Below are positions 36,134 to 46,611 of a DNA stretch of 64,000 nt, piece by piece. Below the pieces are notes generated by a model. The model saw only the letters and a list, made by a program, of their open reading frames with translations, was not told the origin of the DNA and ran no database searches. A program made the position numbers and the translations under genes. Position 1 is the stretch's first letter, and each line of letters opens with the position of its first letter. This stretch comes from an uncultured bacterium (GTDB lineage: Bacteria > Patescibacteriota > Minisyncoccia > Phycocordibacterales > Phycocordibacteraceae): contig CAIJZI010000007.1 in assembly GCA_903825105.1 (NCBI GenBank), forward strand, positions 23,178 to 87,177, read 5' to 3'.

Positions 36134-39100
36134 ATGGCTTCACGATTTATCCATCTCCACGCCCACAGCCACTACTCCTTCCTCCAGGCATTGCCGAAGA
36201 TTGATGAATTGGTAGAAAAAGCGAAGAAAGAAGGAATGGAGGCGATCGCGCTCACCGACGCCGGCAATATGCACGGCGCGATCGAATTCTACAAAGCCGC
36301 GATGAAGGCAGAGATTAAACCGATTCTCGGCGTCGACGCCTATCTCGCCCACCATTCGCGACACGACAAAGACGGCGACAGCTCGAAGCGTTCGCGCATC
36401 GTCCTCCTCGCAGAAAATAATGCGGGATATAAAAACTTACTCGAGCTTGTGACCAAGTCCTGGACTGAAGGCTTCTCTGATAAGCCGCGAATGGATAAAG
36501 AATTATTGCGCGAATATAGCGGCGGCATCATAGCGATTATTCCCTCGTTTGCTGGCGACATCGCACAAATGCTTCGCGCTGGTGACGAGAACGGCGCAGC
36601 TGCTGCGCTCGCAGAATTTAAAAATATTTTTGGAGAAAATAATGTGTTTCTAGAAATCACCCATCACCCCAAAGTGGCTGGCCACGAAGAATTACAGAAA
36701 AAAATAATCGCCCTCGCCCACTCGAGCGACACACCACTTGTCGCCCAGCACGATGTCTATTATCTGAGCCCTAATGATCGTGAAGCGACCGAGACGATGC
36801 GCCGTATCCAACAGGGCTCCCGCGGTAGAAATGAAGATGAGGACTTCTCTTTTATAAATGAATCAACGGCTAAAAAACTTTTTAAAGAAACTCCAGAGGC
36901 GATAGATAATTCAAAACTTATCGCAGACCGATGCTCGGTCGAACTCACGCTGGGAAAATTTGTCTTCCCACAATTCCCTCTTCCTCCGGGAAAAACGGCT
37001 GACGAGGTACTCCGCGAATTAAGCTTAAAAGGATTACAAAAACGCGGGCTCGCCGGAAGAGCCGATGTTATGGAACGCTTTGAATATGAGCTCGGCGTTA
37101 TTAAGATGAAGGGTTACGCCGCCTATTTCCTCGTCGTCGAAGACCTCGTGCGCTTCGCGCGCGAAAATAATATTTACACCAACATTCGAGGCTCGGTCGC
37201 CGGATCTTTGATTACTTATGTATTACAAATCACCAAAGTCGATCCCCTCGAATATAAAATCCCGTTCGAACGATTCCTTAACCCAGAACGCCCCTCAGCT
37301 CCCGATATTGATATGGACTTTGCCGACAATCGTCGCGACGAAGTAATCGAATACGCACGCAGTAAATATGGCAAGGATCATGTCGCGCAGATCGGTACCT
37401 TCGGCACAATGATGGCGCGAGCAGCAGTGCGCGATGTCGCACGCGCGCTCGGCCACTCCTATAGCACTGGAGATCGCATCGCCAAACTTATCCCGATGGG
37501 GTCACAAGGATTCCCGATGACGATCGACAAAGCGCTCAAGCTCGAACCAGAGTTAAAAACGCTCTACCAAGAAGACGACACTTCGCACGAAGTAATCGAT
37601 CTTGCGAAAAGTATCGAGGGCTGTGTGCGACATGTCGGTGTGCACGCCGCGGGCGTTGTGATCGCGCCAACGCCAGTGGTCGAGTGGACGCCGATTCAGC
37701 CCGATCCAAAAGGCACCGGGAAAATTATCACTCAATATGATATGTACTCCGTCGGTGAAGATGGCGTAGGGCTTACCAAATTCGATTTCCTCGGTATTAA
37801 AAATCTCTCGATTCTCGCTGATGTCGTCTCGCGCGTAGAAAAAAGTCGCAATATAAAATTCGACATCGAGGCGATTCCTCTCGATGATAAAAAGACCTTT
37901 GAGATGCTCGCGCGCGGCGAGACTGAAGGAACCTTCCAGCTCAACGGTTCGGGTATGACGCGCTGGCTCAAAGAGCTACGACCAACCACGATTCACGACA
38001 TCAACGCGATGGTCGCCTTATATCGCCCGGGCCCTATGGAAACGATTCCCCAATATATCGAACGAAAAAATAATCCAAAAATGATTCGCTATGTCGACGA
38101 GCGAATGAAAGAGTATCTCGATTTTTCTTACGGGCTGATTGTGTACCAAGACGATGTCCTCCTCACAGCGATTAAACTCGCCGGCTATTCGTGGCTTCAA
38201 GCAGACGCACTGCGTAAAGCGATGGGTAAAAAAATTCCAGCAGTTATGCAGAAGGAAAAAGAAAAACTGCTCACTGGCTTTGCTGAATACGGAAAACTGA
38301 AGAAAGAAACGGCGGACAAACTCTGGTCACTCATCGAGCCCTTCGCGGCGTACGGATTCGGCAAGGCACACGCCGCCTCCTACGGTCGTGTGTCGTATCA
38401 AACAGCGTATATGAAAGCAAATTATCCGGTCGAATACCTCGCCGCACTTCTCACCGCTGACTCGGGCGACACAGAACAAATTTCTATTTTCGTCGCCGAA
38501 GCGAAAAGAATGGGCATCACGATTCTCCCGCCCGATGTCAACGAAAGTGGCACAGACTTCACGGTGATTAAAAACGACGAGAGTGAACTTTTTGAGGAAG
38601 CTCCGGAGCGCGACGGCGCGAGGCCGAGCAAATTTTCAGCAGAAAATTATGCGTCTTCCGAAAAAAGCTCACCGAGTCGTGGCTTTATCCGATTCGGCCT
38701 CTCTTCAATTAAAAACTTCGGCGACGGCATCTCTGAAGCAATTATCGCTGAACGAGAAAAGAATGGCGCTTTCACTTCTCTTTCTGACTTTTTATCTCGC
38801 ATTGGTTCAAAGAACCTAAATCGCAAATCACTCGAATCACTTATTAAGTGTGGAGCACTCGATTCATTAAGCAATCAGATAGGCGGTAGAGGTACCCTCC
38901 TCGAAAATATCGAGAAGCTTCTCACTTTTCATCGCGAGTCAACCGCATCAGCACCACAAGATTCTCTCTTCGCCACCTTCGCGCCACCGTCACTCGTCCT
39001 GCCTGAAGGAAAGCAGATATCCCTTTTTGAAAAATTAATGTGGGAAAAAGAGCTGCTCGGCATTTATGTCTCTGGACACCCACTCGACGCTCACGAAAAG

Positions 39101-39400
39101 TTTGTAGAAAAAACGAAATTCCCTATTTCAAAAATAAAAGAGAATCCAAAAAATGGCATGCCGATTATTCTACCCGTTTTAATTATTTCTCTTCGCGCCT
39201 TTCTCACCAAGAGCGGCGAGAAAATGGCATTTATAAAACTCGAGGACAAAACAGATTCGATCGAAGCGGTCATATTCCCAAAGTTGTTCAAAGAACATTC
39301 GCTCATCCTCGCGCCGGGGAACTGTATTTTGGTAAAAGGAAAAGTCTCGATTAGAAATGGCGAGACAACGCTCGCGATCGACGAACTCAAACCGATTTAA
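36134..39400 (+). CDS. dnaE: DNA polymerase III alpha subunit with a low-complexity in-frame insertion carrying family-B repeat modules
   Basis: PHP domain (HLHAHSHYS), polymerase core, OB fold; ~35-aa insert ..ELFEEAPERDGARPSKFSAENYASSEKSSPSRGF.. between DFTV and IRFGL. Confidence 0.9.
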   Translation: MASRFIHLHAHSHYSFLQALPKIDELVEKAKKEGMEAIALTDAGNMHGAIEFYKAAMKAEIKPILGVDAYLAHHSRHDKDGDSSKRSRIVLLAENNAGYKNLLELVTKSWTEGFSDKPRMDKELLREYSGGIIAIIPSFAGDIAQMLRAGDENGAAAALAEFKNIFGENNVFLEITHHPKVAGHEELQKKIIALAHSSDTPLVAQHDVYYLSPNDREATETMRRIQQGSRGRNEDEDFSFINESTAKKLFKETPEAIDNSKLIADRCSVELTLGKFVFPQFPLPPGKTADEVLRELSLKGLQKRGLAGRADVMERFEYELGVIKMKGYAAYFLVVEDLVRFARENNIYTNIRGSVAGSLITYVLQITKVDPLEYKIPFERFLNPERPSAPDIDMDFADNRRDEVIEYARSKYGKDHVAQIGTFGTMMARAAVRDVARALGHSYSTGDRIAKLIPMGSQGFPMTIDKALKLEPELKTLYQEDDTSHEVIDLAKSIEGCVRHVGVHAAGVVIAPTPVVEWTPIQPDPKGTGKIITQYDMYSVGEDGVGLTKFDFLGIKNLSILADVVSRVEKSRNIKFDIEAIPLDDKKTFEMLARGETEGTFQLNGSGMTRWLKELRPTTIHDINAMVALYRPGPMETIPQYIERKNNPKMIRYVDERMKEYLDFSYGLIVYQDDVLLTAIKLAGYSWLQADALRKAMGKKIPAVMQKEKEKLLTGFAEYGKLKKETADKLWSLIEPFAAYGFGKAHAASYGRVSYQTAYMKANYPVEYLAALLTADSGDTEQISIFVAEAKRMGITILPPDVNESGTDFTVIKNDESELFEEAPERDGARPSKFSAENYASSEKSSPSRGFIRFGLSSIKNFGDGISEAIIAEREKNGAFTSLSDFLSRIGSKNLNRKSLESLIKCGALDSLSNQIGGRGTLLENIEKLLTFHRESTASAPQDSLFATFAPPSLVLPEGKQISLFEKLMWEKELLGIYVSGHPLDAHEKFVEKTKFPISKIKENPKNGMPIILPVLIISLRAFLTKSGEKMAFIKLEDKTDSIEAVIFPKLFKEHSLILAPGNCILVKGKVSIRNGETTLAIDELKPI
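38590..38690. repeat. family-B-related repeat modules inside dnaE
   Basis: CCGGAGCGCGACGGCGCGAGGCCGAGCAAATTTTCAGCAGAAAATTATG shares ~40 nt pattern with intergenic 12385-12418. Confidence 0.5.
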
Positions 39401-39403
39401 ATT

Positions 39404-41197
39404 GTGTTATATTCTGAATATATGGCAAAAATCACACCAGAAAACGATCTCGAAATAAGGCGGAAGCATAGTGGCAGCCACATCATGACCGCTGCGGTTC
39501 AGAAGATCTACGGCGATTCAGTCGGCCTCGGCGTAGGCCCGTGGACGGACGAGGGATTCTATCAAGACTTCGACTTCGGCGCGACGACCCTCGCCGAAAA
39601 TGATTTGGCAAAAATAGAAAAAGAAATGGGTGAAATAGTGAAGAAGAATTTGCCGATTATAAAAGTCGAGATGAATGCTGACGAAGCACGCAAGATCTGT
39701 AAAGGTGACCCGTATAAAACGGAGCTGGTTGAAGAGATTATCGCGCGCGGCGATTTAATTAGTTTTTATTATATCGGCGAGTCACTCGACAAAGCGATCA
39801 GCGTGAACCTCTGCGCAGGGCCACACTTAGAAAAAACGGGCGAGCTCGGCGCATTTAAATTGATGCGTATCGCGGGCGCCTACTGGCGCGGAGATGAAAA
39901 AAATAAAATGCTCACGCGCATATACGGCATCGCTTTCCCGACTCAAGAAGAACTTGATGCTTATTTAAAACAGCGCGAAGAAGCAGAAAAAAGAGATCAT
40001 AAAAAAATCGGCAAAGAGATGGGACTCTTCACCGTCTCTGACCTAGTCGGCAAAGGCCTCCCGATGTATCTGCCCAAAGGCAATATTATCCGCACCGAGC
40101 TCGAGAATTTCATTCGCCATGAGAAAGAAGCGCTCGGCTATTCATTCGTCACGATTCCCCACATTGCAAAAAAGGAATTGTATATTCGCTCCGGACATCT
40201 CGGGAAATATGACGCGATGATGCCGATAATGAAAGATGAAAATGGCGAGGAATTTGTCCTCAAAGCAATGAATTGTCCTCACCATTTCGAACTCTATAAT
40301 GCGCAGCCGCATAGCTATAAAGACTTGCCCTTTCGCATCGCAGAAAATACGGTTGTATACAGAAATGAAAAAAGTGGCGAGCTCTCGGGGCTTCTGCGCG
40401 TCAAAGGTCTCTGTCAAGACGACACGCACCATGTCATTCGATTGGACCAAATCGAATCAGAAATAAAAATGATTCATGGGCTGATGCAGAAGGTGTACAG
40501 CATCTTCGGCTTCGATGATTATAAAGTTGAAATATCGATTCGCGATCCAAAAAATAAAGAGAAATATTTCGGCAGTGATGAAGTCTGGCAAAACGCGGAA
40601 AATATTTTGATTGAGCAGGTGAAGACTTGGGGAGTGCCGTTTTCAATCGAAGAAGGTGAAGCGGCATTTTATGGGCCAAAAATTGATATCCGCGTGAAGG
40701 ACTGTATCGGTCGCGAATGGCAGCTCACCACCATTCAGCTCGACTTCAATCAGCCAGAAAACTTCGATATGGATTATACCGGCGAAGACGGCAAGAAGCA
40801 TCGCGTCGTCGTCCTCCATGTCGCCATCTTTGGCTCCTTCGAGAGATTCTTCGGCATTTTAATCGAACACTACGCGGGTGCATTCCCACTCTGGCTCTCG
40901 CCTACCCAAGTAAAAGTCTTGAGCGTTTCTGAAAAGCACGCGGAGTATGCAAAAGAAGTCGTCGGTGAGTTAAAAGCTGCGGGCATTCGCGCCGAGACCG
41001 ATGATTCAAACGAATCACTGGGGAAAAAGATCCGTGCAGGCAAGATGGAAAAAGTTCCCTACCTCCTCGTCGTCGGCGATAAAGAGGTTGAAGCAAAAAC
41101 CGTTTCTGTCGAAAGCCGCGATGCGGGCAAACTCGACATCAATAAATTGGACGACTTCATCGTGCGCGCAAGTGAGGAAATTAAGAATAAGAAATAG
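39404..41197 (+). CDS. thrS: threonyl-tRNA synthetase
   Basis: class II core with zinc site (..CPHHFELY.., ..CQDDTHHV..), C-terminal anticodon-binding domain. Confidence 0.9.
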   Translation: MLYSEYMAKITPENDLEIRRKHSGSHIMTAAVQKIYGDSVGLGVGPWTDEGFYQDFDFGATTLAENDLAKIEKEMGEIVKKNLPIIKVEMNADEARKICKGDPYKTELVEEIIARGDLISFYYIGESLDKAISVNLCAGPHLEKTGELGAFKLMRIAGAYWRGDEKNKMLTRIYGIAFPTQEELDAYLKQREEAEKRDHKKIGKEMGLFTVSDLVGKGLPMYLPKGNIIRTELENFIRHEKEALGYSFVTIPHIAKKELYIRSGHLGKYDAMMPIMKDENGEEFVLKAMNCPHHFELYNAQPHSYKDLPFRIAENTVVYRNEKSGELSGLLRVKGLCQDDTHHVIRLDQIESEIKMIHGLMQKVYSIFGFDDYKVEISIRDPKNKEKYFGSDEVWQNAENILIEQVKTWGVPFSIEEGEAAFYGPKIDIRVKDCIGREWQLTTIQLDFNQPENFDMDYTGEDGKKHRVVVLHVAIFGSFERFFGILIEHYAGAFPLWLSPTQVKVLSVSEKHAEYAKEVVGELKAAGIRAETDDSNESLGKKIRAGKMEKVPYLLVVGDKEVEAKTVSVESRDAGKLDINKLDDFIVRASEEIKNKK

Positions 41198-41217
41198 TGA
41201 ATTGTGTAAAAGAAAAA

Positions 41218-41250
41218 GTAGCAAAGGTAACCCTTGCTACTTTTTCTTTT
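41218..41250. terminator. GGTAACC-loop terminator hairpin between thrS and gyrB
   Basis: GTAGCAAAGG-TAA-CCCTTGCTAC then TTTTTCTTTT. Confidence 0.7.
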
Positions 41251-41263
41251 TGAAATTTTTATT

Positions 41264-43372
41264 TTACAAATCCACGGTCGCGAGTTTGGCGTTACTTTGA
41301 ATGAAGGATTTGCGCGCGGCGACATCGGTGCCCATAAGAATATCGAAGATGCGGTCTGCCGCTTCGGCGTCGTCAATGCTCACTTGTTTTAGAATTCGTC
41401 GTGCAGGATTCATCGTCGTCTCCCAGAGCTCGCTCGGATTCATTTCGCCCAAACCTTTGTAGCGTTGGACATTTACCTTTGCTGGCTTGGCCGGCTTTGC
41501 GGACTTGCCAGCGTCCTCCGTAGCCTCGGCGGAGGAGGATTCGTTCGTTAATTCATTCAAATCATCCCCTTCACTAACCACCGCGACTTCGTCTGGTGCG
41601 ACGCCAAACTCTTTTAACACTGCATCTTTTTCATTATCAGAATAGGCATACGCCATCGACTTGCCCTTCGTGATTTTATACAGCGGTGGTTGAGCGATAT
41701 AAATAAATCCGCCGTCGATAATCGGTTTAAAATGTCGATAGAGAAGCGTGAGAAGAAGCGTGCGAATGTGCGCGCCATCGACATCGGCGTCAGTCGCGAT
41801 AATAATCTTGTGATAGCGAAGTTTTGAGAGATCGAAGACATCGCCAATCGCGGTGCCCATCGCGACGATGAGGGCGCGGATTTCTATCGAGGCAAGCATC
41901 TTGTCGAGGCGTGCGCGTTCGACATTTAAGATTTTTCCTTTGAGCGGAAGCACCGCCTGCGTGCGGCGGTCTCTGCCCTGTTTCGTCGAGCCACCGGCTG
42001 ACTCTCCTTCTACAATAAAGAGTTCTGCTTCTTCAGCGCTCTTGGTCTGACAGTCAGCGAGCTTGCCAGGCAAGGTCATTCCCTCCAAAGCGCCTTTACG
42101 CAAAACTGAATCCTTCGCGGCTTTTGCCGCCTTACGCGCTTTAAGCGCGAGTAATACTTTATTAATAATCGCGCGCGCATCATCAGGATTTTCTTCGAGG
42201 AAGGTGCCAAGTGCTTCGCCAAAGACGGTCGAGACCGCGCTCTGGGCTTCAACGCTCCCGAGTTTCGCCTTCGTCTGCCCTTCAAATTGAATTTCTGGGA
42301 GCTTTACTGAAATGACTGCTGTGATGCCTTCGAGCACATCGTCACCGGTAAAGTTCTCATCTTTTTCTTTCAAAATGTTTGCATTGCGACCATAAGTATT
42401 AAGCGAGCGTGTGAGTGCTGTTTTAAATCCGGTGACATGCGTGCCGCCTTCGGCATTGTAGGTATTGTTGGCGAAGGCGGTGATGCGTGCTGTGATGTCG
42501 TCGACATATTGAAAGGCGACTTCAACCGCAACATTGTCGATCTCGCGATCGACATAAAAGATATTTTTATGTGCGGGAGTCTGATGACGATTATAGAAAG
42601 CGACGAGCGATTTGAGCCCGCCTTCGAAGTAGAAAGTCATCGACGGACACCCGAGATTTTTCTCACGCAAGAAGACGGTCTCTGTTTCAAATGCTTTTTT
42701 GTCAGAAGTGCGCGCGTCGATTACAGAAATGCGCACACCTTTTACCAAATACGCTTGCTGACGAAGGTGAGAGACGATGCGCTCCAAGTTAAATTCAATT
42801 CCTTCTTTAAAGATTTCTGCATCCGGCTTGAAGAGAACGATGGTGCCATGCTCTTGAGTCGTGCCAATCTTTTTTACGCGTGCAAGTGGCTTGCCGATTT
42901 CATAATCCTGTACATGCATCCCGCCGTCTTGGTGCACCACCACCTTCGTTTCTTTTGAAAGCGCGTTCACCACCGACGCACCGACACCGTGGAGCCCGCC
43001 AGAAACTTTGTACGCATCGTGATCGAACTTACCTCCGGCGTGGAGTGTCGTCATAATCGTCTCGAGCGCAGAGACTTTTGTCTTCGGGTGAATGCCAACG
43101 GGGATACCGTTGCCGTTGTCCGCAACGCGCACGAAGTTGTCTGGGAGAAGAGCGACTTCTATATCGTTACAACGCCCTGCCATCGCTTCATCGCGCGCAT
43201 TGTCGAAGATCTCCCACACGAGGTGGTGGAGACCGTCAGGACCCGTTGTACCGATGTACATCCCGGGGCGTTTACGCACCGGTTCAAGCCCTTCAAGGAC
43301 GGTAATAGAAGAGGCGTCATACGCCTTGGTTTTGGGGTCTTTACCCTGGGGTTTTTGGGCCATTTTAGCCAT
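41264..43372 (-). CDS. gyrB: DNA gyrase subunit B (type IIA topoisomerase ATPase; ParE not excluded)
   Basis: GHKL ATPase (..LHHLVWEIFDNARDEAMAG..), TOPRIM (..EGESAGGS..), C-terminal ..KGLGEMN.. Confidence 0.8.
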   Translation of the reverse strand: MAKMAQKPQGKDPKTKAYDASSITVLEGLEPVRKRPGMYIGTTGPDGLHHLVWEIFDNARDEAMAGRCNDIEVALLPDNFVRVADNGNGIPVGIHPKTKVSALETIMTTLHAGGKFDHDAYKVSGGLHGVGASVVNALSKETKVVVHQDGGMHVQDYEIGKPLARVKKIGTTQEHGTIVLFKPDAEIFKEGIEFNLERIVSHLRQQAYLVKGVRISVIDARTSDKKAFETETVFLREKNLGCPSMTFYFEGGLKSLVAFYNRHQTPAHKNIFYVDREIDNVAVEVAFQYVDDITARITAFANNTYNAEGGTHVTGFKTALTRSLNTYGRNANILKEKDENFTGDDVLEGITAVISVKLPEIQFEGQTKAKLGSVEAQSAVSTVFGEALGTFLEENPDDARAIINKVLLALKARKAAKAAKDSVLRKGALEGMTLPGKLADCQTKSAEEAELFIVEGESAGGSTKQGRDRRTQAVLPLKGKILNVERARLDKMLASIEIRALIVAMGTAIGDVFDLSKLRYHKIIIATDADVDGAHIRTLLLTLLYRHFKPIIDGGFIYIAQPPLYKITKGKSMAYAYSDNEKDAVLKEFGVAPDEVAVVSEGDDLNELTNESSSAEATEDAGKSAKPAKPAKVNVQRYKGLGEMNPSELWETTMNPARRILKQVSIDDAEAADRIFDILMGTDVAARKSFIQSNAKLATVDL

Positions 43373-43421
43373 ATTATTTATACCTCCATTGTATCATAAA
43401 ATGTGATATTCTGAAACAATT

Positions 43422-44564
43422 ATGGAGATAAAAATACCGCGAAATGAGGAGAGAGAGCTCCGCGCCAAGCTCGACGCCAGAACCGACGCAGATGCCGCCA
43501 GAATGAAGCGTTATTTGGCGATGCCCGACCTCTCGAGAACGGTCGGCAACCCGCTGTATGAGCTTGTACAGCGCATTGTAGCGATACCGGATTTTAAAAA
43601 GTACGATGTGATAGAAGTGCCAGAAATAATGGACACAAGCATCGTATTCGACCTCTTCGACTTCCCTAAAGATCACCCTGCTCGCTCGACCTCTGATTCG
43701 TATTTCGTTGATGAAAAAAATGTGCTCCGCACCCACACGACCGTGATGTGGTACTACTGGCTTAAACAGGAACAGGTTCGAAAACAGATTGAAGCAGGAG
43801 AAGCAGTCGGCGCACTATCATTTGGAAAAGTGTATAGAAAAGATGAAATCGACCGAAAGCATATGAATGTCTTCCATCAGATTGATGGCTGGTACCTCGC
43901 GCGCAAAGAAGAAAAAATAATTACGATTGAGGATTTGAAAAAAGTGCTCTCTGACATCGCGAAGGCAGCCTTCGGTCCTGAAGTAAAATATCGATTTAAT
44001 GTCGACACATTCCCCTACACTGATCCCTCGCTCGAAATGGAAATCGACAAAGACGGGAACGACACTTGGGTTGAAGTCTTGGGCGCCGGCGTCGTGAAAG
44101 GAAAAGTGCTCGACAATCTTGGCGTTGATTCTTCAGTTTGGAATGGCTGGGCATTCGGCTTCGGGCTCGAGCGACTCGCGATTATCTCGATGGAGCTACC
44201 CGACATCCGCCTTCTCTGGTCAGATGATGAGCGCGTAAAAAAACAACTCGTCTTGGGCCAACATTTTAAAGAAGTGAGTAAGTACCCGCCGGTGGTGCGT
44301 GACATTTCATTTATCGTGAACAACGATTTCGTGCCCAATAACTATTTTGACCTCGTGCGCGATGTCATCGGCGATATGGCTGAGGAGATGGCACTGCTCG
44401 ATAAATATGAAAATGAAGAAAAACTAGGGGCAGGGAAAGTAAGTTATGCCTATCGAATCACCTATCGCAGTGTTAACAAAACGCTCACGAACGAAGAGGT
44501 AAATACACTCCATAAAGAGCTCGAGGAGGCAACGAAGCGCGTTTTTGAGGCGACCATACGATAA
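43422..44564 (+). CDS. pheS: single-chain (mitochondrial-type) phenylalanyl-tRNA synthetase: PheS catalytic core fused to FDX-ACB anticodon-binding domain
   Basis: class II motif 2 ..FPYTDPS.. and motif 3 ..GWAFGFGLERLAII..; C-terminal ~95 aa ..YPPVVRDISFIV..KVSYAYRITYRSVNKTLTNEEVN.. resembles PheT B8/FDX-ACB domain. Confidence 0.6.
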   Translation: MEIKIPRNEERELRAKLDARTDADAARMKRYLAMPDLSRTVGNPLYELVQRIVAIPDFKKYDVIEVPEIMDTSIVFDLFDFPKDHPARSTSDSYFVDEKNVLRTHTTVMWYYWLKQEQVRKQIEAGEAVGALSFGKVYRKDEIDRKHMNVFHQIDGWYLARKEEKIITIEDLKKVLSDIAKAAFGPEVKYRFNVDTFPYTDPSLEMEIDKDGNDTWVEVLGAGVVKGKVLDNLGVDSSVWNGWAFGFGLERLAIISMELPDIRLLWSDDERVKKQLVLGQHFKEVSKYPPVVRDISFIVNNDFVPNNYFDLVRDVIGDMAEEMALLDKYENEEKLGAGKVSYAYRITYRSVNKTLTNEEVNTLHKELEEATKRVFEATIR

Positions 44565-44593
44565 CGAGATTTTGTGCTATACTATCGCGTGTT

Positions 44594-45829
44594 ATGAGCC
44601 CGCAAATGTTGGCGTACCCTTTCCTTTTCCTCGCGATTTTTTTTGAATCGTTTGTTCTTGTTACCCTCCTTTCGAAGCCTGCTCGGGCTGCCCTAAACCG
44701 CAAAAATAGCGCACTTAACCCGTCTGTCGCGGTTATTGTGCCTTGTTATAACGAATGCGAAACCGTGGCGAAAACCTGCGAATCTCTCCTCGCTCTCGAT
44801 TATCCAAAAGATAAGCTCGAGATCATTCTTGTCGATGATGGATCGACCGACAACACGCCTATAGAGATGGCGCATTTCGCCGATAATCCACAAGTAAAAA
44901 TTATTAGAAAAGAAAATGGCGGAAAGCATACCGCGCTCAATGCGGGAATCGCCGCAACACAAGCAGAAATTGTCGGCTGTCTCGATGCAGACTCATTTGT
45001 CGAACCAAGCGCACTCCTCGAAATCGTCCCCTGCTTTTCTGATCCAAAAACTGCCGCGGTTACCGCAGCGATGTCGATACACCAACCAGAAAGCCTCATC
45101 CAACATATGCAAAACGCTGAATACATTTTCGGCATAACGATGCGCCACACCCTCGCTTCAATAAATGGACTCTATGTGACGCCAGGGCCTTTTTCTTTTT
45201 ATAAACGAGCTATTGTCGAAGAGCTCGGCGGGTTCAGACACGGGCACCAAACCGAGGATATGGAAATGGCACTGTGCATTCAGCAAGCGGGTTATAGAAT
45301 AGAAAACGCCATTCTCGCGCGCGTGTATACCAAATCTCCAAAGACTGTTCTCGCCCTTATCAAACAGCGCACACGCTGGACAACAGGCTTTATGCGAAAT
45401 GTGCTCGGCGAATACCGCGGACTTATCGGCAATAAGCGCTACAGCGTTCTCGGTATGCTGGTGCTCCCCTGCGCTCTTATCGCGATAGTGAGTGGCATAC
45501 TCCTTTTCTTAATGACCGTCTTCACCTTCTTAAAAAATCTGGTCTCTGCCCTTGAGATCCGCGCCGGGATTCCGCTCTCTTACTCGCTCCTGCCACACAC
45601 CTCATTTAGCTGGTTCTACTTCCCCGTGAGCGCGTATATATTCCTCGGCTTCGCGACGCTTATCGCCTCACTCTTTCTTATTGCCGTCGGGAAATATATT
45701 TCTAAAACGCCGGGGAATTTAACTCTTGGACTTATTTCATATACATTTTTGTACGGGATTATCGCACCGCTCTGGCTTATCCGCGCCACCAGCGATGTGG
45801 TATTCGGCAGGCATCGTCGTTGGAAATAA
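44594..45829 (+). CDS. family 2 glycosyltransferase, membrane-integrated processive type (NodC/HasA/PgaC-like)
   Basis: VIVPCYNE, ILVDDGSTD, GCLDADS (DxD) and QRTRW (QxxRW) motifs; multiple TM helices. Confidence 0.7.
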   Translation: MSPQMLAYPFLFLAIFFESFVLVTLLSKPARAALNRKNSALNPSVAVIVPCYNECETVAKTCESLLALDYPKDKLEIILVDDGSTDNTPIEMAHFADNPQVKIIRKENGGKHTALNAGIAATQAEIVGCLDADSFVEPSALLEIVPCFSDPKTAAVTAAMSIHQPESLIQHMQNAEYIFGITMRHTLASINGLYVTPGPFSFYKRAIVEELGGFRHGHQTEDMEMALCIQQAGYRIENAILARVYTKSPKTVLALIKQRTRWTTGFMRNVLGEYRGLIGNKRYSVLGMLVLPCALIAIVSGILLFLMTVFTFLKNLVSALEIRAGIPLSYSLLPHTSFSWFYFPVSAYIFLGFATLIASLFLIAVGKYISKTPGNLTLGLISYTFLYGIIAPLWLIRATSDVVFGRHRRWK

Positions 45830-45844
45830 ATAATTAAAAAAAAT

Positions 45845-46510
45845 ATGTCACTCATCGCTCGTAATGTACTCATCGCTCTTGGTATCACCATCGTGCTTTC
45901 AGGCACCGTCGTCTATGCGGTTAATTATTTAAATCGCGAACGCGTCGCTGAACTTGGCGCGATAGAAAATCAAATCTCTATCGAGACGCTCTCTCTTGAT
46001 ACACAATTTTCTCTTCTCGCCGCCACGCCGTGCGACAGCATCGCTTCTTCTACGGCGCTCACGGGTGAGCTCGCCGATCTCGGCAATCGCCTTGCGTATG
46101 CAGAAGGTCAGCTCGGCACCGATAATGCTCAAGTGGTACAACTTAAGAAACAATACTCACTCCTCGAAATACGCGATTATCTCATCACGAAACAGCTCGC
46201 TGCCGCCTGTGGTACCAAGCCAGTGACGGTTCTTTATTTCTACAGCAATGCGGGCGACTGTAGCGACTGTGACAAAGCTGGCTACGCACTCTCCTACCTC
46301 CGCACCGCCTATCCAACGCTTCGTGTTTACTCCTTTGACTACAACTTGAACCTCGGCGCACTCAAGACATTTGAGGCGGTGACAAAAGTAAAAGATGATC
46401 TCCCTGCCTTCGTGGTAAATGGTAAGCATTCATACGGCTTCACCTCCCTCGCCGACTTCGAAAAGCAGTTTCCGAAGGGTGCGCTGGCGACAACGACTAG
46501 CAGTAACTAG
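45845..46510 (+). CDS. hypothetical membrane-anchored protein with CxxC (CSDC)
   Basis: N-terminal TM; no family recognised. Confidence 0.35.
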   Translation: MSLIARNVLIALGITIVLSGTVVYAVNYLNRERVAELGAIENQISIETLSLDTQFSLLAATPCDSIASSTALTGELADLGNRLAYAEGQLGTDNAQVVQLKKQYSLLEIRDYLITKQLAAACGTKPVTVLYFYSNAGDCSDCDKAGYALSYLRTAYPTLRVYSFDYNLNLGALKTFEAVTKVKDDLPAFVVNGKHSYGFTSLADFEKQFPKGALATTTSSN

Positions 46511-46521
46511 AAACCAAATTT

Positions 46522-46596
46522 GGAGCCGCCTCCCAGACTCGGACTGGGGACCTTCACTTTACAAAAGTGTTGCTCTACCAACTGAGCTAAGGCGGC
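46522..46596 (-). tRNA. tRNA-Thr (anticodon UGU)
   Basis: hand-folded: acceptor GCCGCCU/AGGCGGC, D-arm GCUC..GAGC, anticodon loop UUUGUAA, T-arm CCCAG-UCCGAGU-CUGGG, discriminator U + CCA encoded. Confidence 0.7.
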
Positions 46597-46611
46597 ACTA
46601 TTTATTCTTCC

